Below the pieces are notes generated by a model. That model did not search any database. It saw nothing but the letters and a program-made list of their open reading frames with translations, and had not been told where the DNA came from. From Octopus vulgaris (lineage: Eukaryota), in assembly GCA_951406725.2 (NCBI GenBank), contig OX597827.1, positions 80,166,001-80,230,000 on the forward strand: 64,000 nt of DNA. Direction: 5' to 3'. Of the stretch, positions 53,230 through 64,000 are shown piece by piece (the first letter of the stretch is position 1; each line of letters begins with the position of its first letter). The position numbers were made by a program, and so were the translations under genes.

Positions 53230-54277
53230 TTTGAGCCAATGCGAAATTCTGAACAAGCTTTGGAAAGCTTATGGCGATGAGGCAATGGGTTGTACGTAAT
53301 GTTTCAAGTGGCATGGGTGCTTCAAAAGCAGAAGAATGTCCCTGGAAGACAAGCAATCTGGAAGACCTGCTAAGAGCATCACACCCAGAAATGTGGAGAA
53401 AATACATCAGCATGAAGATCATCAGAGGGCAATCAATAACATTGCTGAGGTCGTATGGGCCTGAGCAGGTAATTCTAACATCTAAATTGAATATACAGTG
53501 TGTCTCTGCTAAGTTTGTCCCCCACTTGTTGACCACTGAGCAGATAGGCCATTGTATCAATATCTGTCAAAATCTCTGTCAATGTGCCACTGATGACCCA
53601 TCCAAGGATCATCACTGGTAACAAGTGTTGGGTCGACAGATACGACCCTGAGATGAAACAGTTGTCACAATGGAGAAACTCTTCATCTTCACAACCAAAG
53701 ATGGCACAACAGAACTGCAGCTAAATCAAGAGCATGCTCATCGTTTTTTTTCAACGTTGGCCTCATTGTGCATCAAGAATTCATCCCCTGGGGCCAGACC
53801 ATCAATCAAGAGTTCTACTGCAACATTTTGAAGCATTTAAGCAAGGATGTTTGGCAAAAGTGACCATATCTGTGGAGTACATAGAACTGGATTCTTCATG
53901 ACGACAATGCACCCTGTCACAAAGCTCTCCTTACTTGTGAATTTCTCATCAAAAACAATATGGTATCGCTTCTGCACCTGCCCTATTCACCAGATTTAGT
54001 CACCTGTGGATTTCCATCTCTTCCCCCAAGATGAAAAAGCAGCTCAAAGGCTACCATTTTAATACTGTTCTCAAGATCCACAATGAATTGCAGAAGGTCC
54101 TCGACTCGTTCATTGAAAACAACTTCCAGGCCGGATTCCAAAAGCGGCAGGAATGCTGGGACTGATGTATTCCTGTGCAAAATGACTACTTTGAAGGAGA
54201 CGGTGTTAAAACTTAGGTAAATAAGTTATATTTTATTAAACATAATCAGTGCAAGAGTTTTTTGATACCACCTCATA
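53230..54277 (+). mobile_element. Mariner (DD34D-type) transposase pseudogene
   Basis: AKFVPHLLTTEQ (WVPHEL-like), IITG..CWV.RYDPE.KQ, WILHDDNAPCH, PYSPDL, LFPKMKKQLKG, with stops and frameshifts. 3' TIR-like ttttgataccacctcaTA. Confidence 0.9.
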
Positions 54278-54495
54278 GATATATGAATAATAGTTCCTCC
54301 CAACAAATCTGACCAATGTCCATGAAAGCATTAATCTTATAGATCCTTCATGACTGATGATTTTCCATCATATTCTGGAAGAGTTATCCAGTAAAACTTA
54401 AATAAAAATAGCTTTTTTTCTAAGAGAAGAGCCATACCTTTTCTTGGGGAAAATAAATGTTTTAACTGTGTGTTTGTAGTGCAATGTGGGGTAGA

Positions 54496-54892
54496 AAAGA
54501 AATAAAAAATTTGGCAGTTTGTCTTAAAGAGTAGAGCTCAGAGAACAATCAGAATTCTTGCTAAGAAAGGGTTTCCACAATTTTGCCTGGAATCTGAGAA
54601 ATGGTAGAAATGCCTGATGGCAATGTATGACTTGGCATTTTAGAGGCTTTTGTGGAAGGATAAGGCAAGTTGGGACTCCATGTGTTGGTACACACACACA
54701 AACACACACACACACACATGCATATTTTTAGACTGCAATGCTTGATTCAAAAGAAATAAAGAATTCGGCAGTTTGTCATAAAGTGTAGAGCTTACAGAAC
54801 AATCTAAATTCTTGTTAAGTAGGGGATTCTACAAATTTGTCTTAAATTCCATTTGACAAATGGTAGAAATGCCTGATGGCATTGCATGACTT
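54496..54892 (+). repeat. Local direct duplication (~140 bp x2)
   Basis: 54496-54633 and 54749-54892 share aaagaaataaa...ggcagtttgtc...gtagagct...aaatggtagaaatgcctgatggca. Confidence 0.75.
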
Positions 54893-55036
54893 CATGTTAG
54901 ATGTTCCTGGTAGAATCTTCTCAGATTATCATTTGCCATCAAATAACTTACAAGTAACTGTAAAATATAAAACATTCAGCTAAAACATTCTCAGTTGAAC
55001 ATAATTTAATAGTTTATTCATTGAAATAAAGCTTAC

Positions 55037-57397
55037 CTTTGTGGACTTTTGAAGACTTCTGCTCATTGTCGATGTCTTCCAGTCTTCAGGATAGTAATGG
55101 CTCCTCGAATGACCATATCTCTCTGACATCTCTCCTCGATTACCTGACATCACAGGTACACTGTTGTTACCTTGATAGATCAACTGTCTCATCTCATTGC
55201 GACATTGGTATGCCTGTTTCTCTTCTGCTGTTCTTTCAGATGAGCTATTTCTCACATTGTTACATCTCACAATACACAGGGTTATAGAAACCACAATAGC
55301 TATAGATACTATCACAGCTGCTACTACAATGATAATCAACAATGTCGCATCTATTGTGTTATCACTTGGTAGGTGCACAGCTGTGAACATTGGTGACGTC
55401 TTGTTACTAACAGTCAGTGTCAAAGACACACTAGTTGTTGCTGACAGAACTGGAGTACCACTGTCTTTCACAACAAACTCAAGCTCATATGATCCGGCAT
55501 CATTTTGGTAAACTGTGCGAGAGTAAGATAACACACCAGTGAACGAATCCAGTTTAAATAACTGTCTCTCGTTACCTGAAACGATTTCATACCTGAGAAA
55601 AGCATTCATGTGACTGTCTATATCAGATGCTTTCAGAACTGTGATGTCGTTCTTACTTTGCGGATGATAGTGGACATTAAGAGTGAAAGGGTCAACACTA
55701 GGAAATGTAAAATATGGAGCATTATCATTTCTATCCAATACTTCCACTTCAACATTCACTGTGTTATTCAGAGATGGGCTTCCATTGTCTTTCACAAAAA
55801 CCTCAAACTCATAGAAATCTCTGTGTTCTCTGTCTAAAGACTGGTTTGTTGAAATAAAGCCAGAGTTGATAATCTGGAATGGCAGACGATATTGCTGTTT
55901 ATTTCTCAGAGAATAAGACAATTCACCTCCCTTACCAATATCTGGGTCTGTAGCATTGATAAAGCCAATAGGGAAATTAGCTTTGTCATTCTCATAGGTA
56001 AGGAACTTGAATGTGTCTTTCGTAAAGTGTGGTTCTACATCATTCACATCCAACACTTGGATTGACAGATCTTTATCAGTTTTCAGAGCAGGTAATCCTT
56101 TATCTTCACACGACACAGTAAAGTGATAATGTTCCTGTGTCTCTCTGTCTACTGCTTTCTTTAGAACTATTTTATATTCCTTCGATCCCATTGACTGTAG
56201 TTTGAATGTGTCATCTTTGATATGACACTTCACCTCTCCATTGTGTCCAACATCGTTGTCAGTGACCATCACATAAGCAATGAAACTACCAACTTTGATG
56301 TCTTCCAGAATGGTAGCTGTGTTGTGATTCTGTGTAGAAATAAAGTTCACATCAATATTTGGAGGATTGTTGTGTTGGTTGATGACATTTACCATAACCG
56401 TTGCTATGGAACTGAGAGGAGGGTTGCCCCCATCTCTGGCTTCAATGTATAATGTATAAACTTCATTGTCAATGATAGCATCAATTTTATCAATCAAAAA
56501 TATCTCACCACTTTTCTTAACGAGTCTAAAATGTTTGCTATCAAGATCTGACGTTTTGGGACTAAAATAATAATTTATTTTCCCATTATTGCCAATATCG
56601 GAATCTGTAGCAGACAAAGTGACAACAGGTACATCATTTTGAAAATAACTTTTTATGGTAACATTATAAATATTCTGTGAGAATACTGGTAAGTTATCAT
56701 TCTCATCTTCTACTAATATTTTCACATCTAATACACTCTTTTTAGAAGGGGAACCTCCATCTTCAGCCTCAACTTGTACACTGTACATATCTTTCACTTC
56801 TCTATTTAATTTACTTTCTAGAACAATCTCTAGTCGAGATATTCCATCAGCTCTTTTAGAAACTAACAATGAAAACATTTCTTCATTGTTCTTTAAATGA
56901 TAATTAATTACACTATTTAAAACTCCAACATCTTTGTCAATGGCATTTGGAATGGACTTTTTCATTCCTTCTCTGTCTCCTTCTCTGAACTGTAAAGTTA
57001 TTTCTTTCTCTGGAAACTCAGGTTGGTGGTCATTGATGTCTTCTATAACTACTTTAATTTTCAAGATTTTCAAGAAGTTTTTTCCTTTGTGAACAGCAAC
57101 TTTCACAGTTTTATAACATTCTGTATTATATCTACATAGCGACTCAGCATCCACTGTCCGAACCGTGTACAGTTTCCCTGACTGGGTGACATTGAATAAT
57201 TTTGTCTCCTTTTGTTGGAGTTGATTAAATGTAATCTGACTGAGATCTTCTTTGTCCAGGAGCCACTTTTGTGAATTAGCAGTGATGTCCCCCACATAGC
57301 TTTTGGGACTATTTTCTTCTTTTAAACGAACTGTAATGTCTATACATGCCCCAGGGAGGAGGAAAGATATTATTACCATCAGAATTAGTAATGTCAT
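55037..57397 (-). CDS. Pcdh: Protocadherin G7 large exon (divergent SP/EC1-EC3, shared EC4 onward)
   Basis: 805-aa ORF. Donor AAG|gtaagc at 55037; acceptor ttttctttccag before 57438. Confidence 0.97.
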
Positions 57398-59460
57398 TGT
57401 AGATGTTATCGTTCAAATGATTACAAATGACCAAGATCCTGGAAAGAAAAACAGCAATTATCAATGTAAAAAGAAAAGGTATTATGGAACAATGATAATT
57501 TAATTTTCCAGCAATACCCAACACACTAATCGTTATCACAAGCGATACTATCATTTTAATCTGATTCTAACTTACCTGGAGCATTTTATCAGGTATTTGG
57601 ACTGTTACCGACTTTTAAACGTCTAATTTTTATTTTAAAAATGAAATTCTGGAATTTGTTTCCATAAATAAATAAAAGTCTTACATTCGTATTGGTTCGC
57701 ACCTTTAATTAGTAAAAACCACCTAAGCCTTCCCCGCCGGCCATTACGAGGTAACCCCACATGTAGTCGTCTTCCACTGTAAAAATAACAGCCCAACAGT
57801 CATCGAATCCTTCCCTAACATCTCAAATAAGGAAAGGGCCTAACATAATGTAACCCTTTACACCTCTAAACAGGCGAAATGCTCACCAACGGGATACCTT
57901 TAATCAGAGGGTCGGCGAAGACGGGGTCAACTCGGGGTTAAACAACAATAACATTTATTTTAACTATTCAACTAATTCAAACCTGAATTAAATTACATTA
58001 GTAATATAAAAATATTACATACACATGTATATTTGGTAAAACAGAACACTTTTTCTCCATTTTTTCGGATTGAGTTTGAGTTTTTCCACAAAATTCCGGC
58101 CAGAAATGTTCCGTTCTGCAAATTGCCGCCGAAGTTGATTTGAACGAAGGAAGCAAGTTACCTCCCTTTGAATGGGGATCGTCTGTCAGTTGATTTATCC
58201 CGCCTCAACGTCTGCTTTATCTTAAAACAAGTCTTCCAATAAACAATACTTTATTTAACTCTACCACCGACTAATACAAATCAAAGGAATTTTCTCTGAT
58301 TTATGAATATTAGTTAAATCTGACGAAATTTGTTACTAAAAACACCCAAAACTTAGTTTATTTTCTTTGTTTTGTTTTTTTTTTGTTGGTGCATGAAAGT
58401 TTCTTTCAATGTTCTTTGAAATAAAATATAAGTTGAAGTAAAACTGCCAGATTATTTGTGAAGCAATTATTACTGTGTCCGTTTTGTGCGCTTTCTTCTA
58501 TTCTCTCGGTGTTAATAGCGATAAAATGGAGAATAACGTTTTAATCTCACGGAGAGAAAAAGAAAGCCGTAGAATACTAAAACAATTATATTTCGAAACA
58601 TGAGCAATTAATCGATGAGTGAAAGAAAAATTTATACAGACTACCTAGACAAATGGAAATTATTACGCATTTCAAAAAATTGTCTTTTTATTTTGATGTA
58701 TAAATTTATTGATCTCCATAACATTATTTCATTCTCTTTAAATTTTTTTCCCTTTTCGAAGATGATTGAAAGTGTAAACCACGAACTAGTTCTATGTCAA
58801 ATATTTCGTGCCTTTCATTTCGTTACGTAACTAAAGTTCTTAAAAGCGTAACACAGATTCACGTCCTGACAAGCAAATAATAACATTATCCACTATATTT
58901 TTATCTACCATCACTATTATTTGCAGCCATTAGTTTGTGTAGCTTCCTTTATTTACTTTTAAATGATACCTCTCTATCATAAATATCATAAATAAGAACA
59001 GTATGTAAGGTGAGATGACCAAATTTCGAAACAAGGTTTTATGAGTATCTGACATGAGATTGACAACAAAGTACAAATGCCTAACACATTAGTTGTACAA
59101 TAAAGTTTAAAAGGGAAATTAAACAACCACCTTTGCGACTACGTTTTTTATTTGCATGTCTTTGAGATTGAAAATTAATTCTATCTGCTTCAGTTCAACC
59201 ACATTTGGAACAAATGTCAATTGTGTGGAAATATAAACTGCAAGAAACAGTCTTGTATTCTATCTGAGGGAAGACACTGCTCCCATCCCTACAATGTTAC
59301 CAATTCAAAATATCCACTTCAGCATCAGTTTTATGAATTTTCACTCTGTAAAACTCATGCATTTCTGCTTTTTCTAGATTCCTTTCATAAGTGCTAACAG
59401 AATCACTGAAAATTACCTAAATCATAGGCTAGGCAAAATTTATTGCCAATGCTTTTGTTG

Positions 59461-60650
59461 TCAGTATATTTGAAGTATCCTTCAACTAGTTGATGTAAAT
59501 ACAATAGGCTTTGGTAACAATGATCTTTAGTCAGAGTTTCAAATTTATTTCTAAAAAATCTGCTCATTTCTAACAGAAACATCTCAGATAATTTGATGTG
59601 GTAATTAAATGCTAGTTGATAATTAATTAAAATACTCTCATTTATCAAAAATACCTCCATAAGATTATAAGAAATTTCATCATCATCATCATTTAATGTC
59701 TGTTTTCCATGTTGGCATGGGTTGGACAGTTTGATAGGGGCTGGCTAGGCAGAAGACTGCACCAGGCTTTACTGTCTGTTGTGGTAGGGTATCTATGGTT
59801 GGATGCCCTTCCTAACACCAGTCACCTTACAGAAATTAATTTTAAGGAATAATTGTTTCCATTATTAAATCCCTTTTCTGAGACATTTATCTGGAGACCA
59901 CTCAATGCAATCTCTAGTAAATGCATTATTAAAATAAGAATAAATTACTGTGAATGGACATGATTAGATTTACTGAGTTTCATGCAACAGCCATTATAGA
60001 TTCATCAGAACATGAAAAAATTAAATAAACTTTATAATCTCCCATTGAATTGTTAAACAGAAAGGCTATAAGTGAAACATTAAAACCTAAGAGGATTAAT
60101 AGTTGTCTATATTAGCCAGAAATTAATTGACTAAAGATTTCATTTTACTGAATTGTTAAACAAAATTGAATTATTCCTTAAACTTAATATCAAATAATAA
60201 ATAGCTTATAATCTTACAAATGGGGATATTTTTAACAAATAGAAATATTTTAATTAATTATCAACTAGCATTTAATTACCACATCAAACTATCTGAGATG
60301 TTTCTGTTAGAAATGAGCAGACTTTTTAGAAATAAATTTGAAACTCTGACTAAAGAATGTTAATAAGACAAGGTGTGTTGTTATTAAGAAAAGCAAGTGA
60401 ACTTCAGTTAAACATTACACTCTAACAAAAACAACACCAGATATCAAATATTTGACATTTGTCACAGTATATTGCTTACACTGTTTCTACTGAAAGAGCC
60501 TGGACTGAGGTATAGTTGATAAACAAACTTATTATTTGCTAACCCCTAACAAACTCAGTACTACAAATACAGTCAAACATTTGATTGATCAGTTACCAAT
60601 GCCTTTTGTATTTACATCAACTAGTTGTAGGATACTACAAATCTACACTG
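59461..60650. repeat. Long inverted repeat
   Basis: 59523-59634 is the reverse complement of 60245-60356 (about 2 mismatches). 59461-59524 pairs with 60587-60650. Confidence 0.85.
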
Positions 60651-61851
60651 TAACATTAAAAATAAACAAAGGAGTAAAAGGAGACATTATCAAAATGAAA
60701 GATAGTTAAGACTAAGGTTGGACTTTAATATGTGATAATGAGTATTGCTGTCAGATACTACATATGTTAAAAATCAAAATGTCTTTTTCAGGAAACATCT
60801 GCACTAACATGAAACATGTTAAAACATTCTGAAAATTACAAACTTACATGGAAGTAGTTGTATTTTTATATACAATAATGTACTGATGATTGCAATTCCT
60901 TGAAATATGATTATATTCCTTGCTATATTTAGTAGTAGTACAGACAGTTGTGCATAAGCACCATCTTGATTTAATAGGGTGTTTGTCTCAGTAAAAGAAC
61001 ATATTTTGTTTTAAATTCAAGATATATGTGGAAAATTATTTGAAAACCTTTCAGGCATTATTAAATTAAATGCTACAGATGTTAATATTCTCTTTTTAAT
61101 CACTGTTAAATTTTTAATTCTTAATTTTCTGAGAGTTAATAATATTTTGAGTTAAAATGGATGTCCTTGTGGCTTCATAATCATTTTGATGATTTTTCTT
61201 TGTTAATGTTATAAAAAATTTTCAATAAAAATGTTCAAGTTAACAATACTTTAATTTATTATTGATTAATTTCAAATATCTCTTTATTTCAAAGAACCTA
61301 CCATTAAGTGATGTCTTTTACCTAATAATTATAGTTATAACATTATTATGATATTCATTAACATAAAAGAATTTTAAGAAAATAATTTCAACAGCATTAT
61401 AAGCTTTGTAATTGATGAAAGTTGATTTGTTAGATTTTCAACAATACCAAAAAATTTGGTACCAAACTACAAATATGAAAGAAACAAATCATTCATAAAA
61501 ATACCAAAGTGAAATCAAAATTTTTGAAGAGTGAAAACATCGAATTGCTATGATAATAATTCTTCTTGTATACTATGTTGCAGAAACAATATGGCTTCAA
61601 AATGCATGTGACAAATGGATAATTTTCGCTATGAAAATAATCACTAGACACAATTTGTCCTTAAAAATCAGTGAAAACATTAGATACTTACTTTCATTAT
61701 TTGAACTCTCTTATCATAAGCTATAATATATTTTCTCATCAGATTTCATTGCTTGTCTGCTGCTTAAGGTTGCTATGAGCTTCATATACAAGGAGTAGTT
61801 TTCTGAATGAGTCAGTTAAACTGGCTGTTCTTCATATTAAACTGGCCGTTC

Positions 61852-61884
<33 letters not shown>

Positions 61885-62479
61885 TTTACATATATTTTAC
61901 AAAATAATTCAGCTAGCAAAATTTATACCACAGGCAATTTCATCTGTTACATATCCAGAACATTGAAGATGAAATAAAATCCAAATTAAAGATATCAGAA
62001 AACAAATTAGGTTTGTAAATAGAATAGCTATGGCCAGGACTGAAATTTCCTGTGACCTATTTCTTCAGTATTTCTCTAATGGAAGTGGATACATGCTAAA
62101 TGTTAGTAAAAATTTATTCATCATTTTCACTTAAAAAATTAGAAAAATAAATGGAATAGAAAAGTTCCATTCATTTAATTAAAATGTAATTATATATAAT
62201 AACGCATAATTGCAAAAGAAACAGTTTTGTTTATTAACATTGTTATTCCTTCTTATTTATTTTTTATATACTTTTGTTATTTTAAAAACAAATATAAATT
62301 GTACTTGAAAATGAAAGAAAAACACTACTAGATGCAAGAGCCACGTTTTCAAATGAAAATTTATCATGAAATAGTAAATTTCTTTACTATGTGATGTTTA
62401 TATATGCTTAGATGTAATTATGCATTTATGATATCAGGCTGTTTTACATATCTCCCATGGTTTCATTACTGTTCAGTGC

Positions 62480-62572
62480 TTGTGTGTGTGTGCATGCATG
62501 TATACATACATACATATATATATGTATGTATATATACATATATGTATGTATATATGTATATATATATATATG

Positions 62573-62654
<82 letters not shown>

Positions 62655-62870
62655 TATTACATATACATACTCATATATATGTATACATGCATACATATAA
62701 TATACATACTCACACACACACACATACTTACATACATGCATAGATTCACATACATGCATATACACAAACATATATATAGATATAAATACATATATGGATA
62801 CACACACACACACACATACCTATCTATTTGTATGTGTGTGTGTGTATGCATGTATATAGTGTATATAAGG
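62480..62870. repeat. Compound microsatellite (TG/TA/TATG/TAGA/CA)
   Basis: Directly visible low-complexity tract. Confidence 0.95.
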
Positions 62871-62879
62871 TATATTATA

Positions 62880-63080
62880 TGGTAGAAACATCGGGTGCCA
62901 GGAAAAATTTTACAGTAACTTTTCCATCTCATGTTTTGAGTTCAAATTTTGCTGTGGTCAATTTTGCCTTTTTATCTTTTCAGGGTGAATGAAATAAGAA
63001 TCAGTTGAGCATTGGTGTTGGTGTAGTTGAACAGCTCCCTACCCCAAAATTTCAGGCCTTGTGTCTACAGAAGAAAGAAT
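62880..63080 (+). mobile_element. Octopus-type tRNA-derived SINE
   Basis: ttttgagttcaaattttgctgtggtcaattttgcctttt...cagttgagcattgg...ccccaaaatttcaggccttgtg; same family as 7585-7797. Confidence 0.65.
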
Positions 63081-63085
63081 TATCA

Positions 63086-63280
63086 TTGACTCTGCCTTAG
63101 TGAAGGCGGGGGTATTGTTTTCAGTGTTGCTTGTTTGTTTGTTTGTCCGTGGACAAGATATCTCAAGAACCACTGGATGGATTCTGATGAAACTCTCAGG
63201 GATGTTTGGCCTCACGACTGGCACAAACTGATTAGATTTTGGGATCAATCCAGTACCAGACAAGGATTCTGGATTATTTG
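63086..63280 (+). mobile_element. Helentron/DINE-like non-autonomous element fragment
   Basis: ctctgccttagtgaaggcggggg hairpin, (gttt)n tract, then caagatatctcaagaaccactggatggattctgatgaaact, a pattern typical of HINE/DINE-like elements. Confidence 0.5.
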
Positions 63281-63285
63281 TTATA

Positions 63286-63682
63286 TCTTTATATATAAAA
63301 CTGTAGTTGTGTGGTGTCTGTCTCCTACGATTTAGATTCCTAACTACTCCCACATTTTGCGGTGCAGTTTAACCAAAACCGGGTATCTTATAGTCGTGAT
63401 TCATATCGAGCCCTTTTGGGTATTAGCGCGCATCTACGATGAGTCTACGATTTAAAAGAAAATTTACCATCAATTTTTCCCATTTTTAATGCATTTTTGG
63501 CATATATAAGGGAAGTAACTCTCTAAAAATGTATTATTAAATCTCAGAATGTAAAAAGCCACAGTAACCCCCCATCCTTTGTGGTTAGCCATATTGAGAT
63601 GGCTATTATACTTTACATCTCTAAAAATGCTTATATAGTTATTTCCCTTACAAACCTGAGCAACGCCAGGCGATACTGCTAG
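63286..63682 (+). mobile_element. Non-autonomous Helitron
   Basis: Begins A|TCtttatatataaaa and ends with a GC-rich hairpin (cctgagcaacgccagg) ~10 nt before CTAG|T. AT target site, no TSD. Confidence 0.8.
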
Positions 63683-64000
63683 TTTACTATACATGATTAT
63701 GATCTCACACTCACTTTCAATTCTTTCTCAATTATATTCCTTTAGGATGTTTCCAAAGTTGTATTTTCGTTTCTCTATTATTGATTTTACTCACATCTCT
63801 ATCTTAGTAGAAACTGATGGATTAAGAAATTTGGCTTTTATTAGATAAGAATAAACCATTTATGACTGTGACTAAATTTTCTACACCCACCTTCACATTC
63901 CATGACTACCATTGTGATCGATCAGGTACTGGACGACGATTCGGGATTATTTCTCCATTTTTTTTTTTACTTAATTTTTAATATTCTCATTTGTGAGAGC

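Noticed and set aside
205-56452. Recurrent plus-strand ORFs (MTVYIRCFQ..., MRHWYACF..., MTVHLSIV...) conserved in every unit
   Set aside because: They are antisense shadows of the homogenised protocadherin exon; their conservation is explained by the minus-strand CDS.
62404-62932. Tyr/Ile/Cys/Val-rich ORFs
   Set aside because: Artefacts of dinucleotide and tetranucleotide microsatellites.
51721-63195. Other CTGATGA heptamers as hammerhead cores (51721, 53590, 54355, 60884, 63184)
   Set aside because: No flanking stems or correctly placed GAAA/UH were found by eye.
1-64000. CRISPR-like or prokaryotic defence arrays, tRNA and rRNA genes
   Set aside because: The DNA is eukaryotic and intron-containing. 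The repeats are kb-scale gene duplicates, and the tRNA-like boxes belong to SINE heads.

Overview
AT-rich animal genomic DNA, almost certainly a coleoid cephalopod (Octopus-type SINEs, expanded protocadherins). The window holds a head-to-tail tandem array of seven protocadherin genes, all on the minus strand (G1 at the left edge, truncated by the window, to G7 at 55.0-57.4 kb). By hand I reconstructed a repeated four-exon model. It has a near-identical ~0.55-0.65 kb promoter/first-exon block ending ATG-AAG|gtaag, a ~2.4 kb exon (signal peptide, EC1-EC6, TM, juxtamembrane), a 154-nt cytoplasmic exon and a terminal exon with 122 coding nt. Each gene has its own private copy of the 'constant' exons. 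EC1 (G1-G6) and EC4 to the C-terminus (all genes) are almost identical even at silent sites. EC2-EC3 are hypervariable, more divergent than some neighbouring introns, and look like a patchwork of segments shared between non-adjacent paralogs. This resembles a convergent, gene-conversion-built recognition code like that of vertebrate clustered protocadherins. Other notable points: a non-canonical EC3-EC4 calcium linker, paired Src-type SH2 (YEEI) and SH3 (RxLPxxP) motifs in the tail, a split start codon that acts as either an N-terminal extension or a uORF, and a 1-bp frameshift in G4. There is also a Penelope-type minimal hammerhead ribozyme in G2 intron 1, several inverted repeats, and mariner, LINE, SINE and Helitron remnants. 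All exon models are manual inferences without transcript data.
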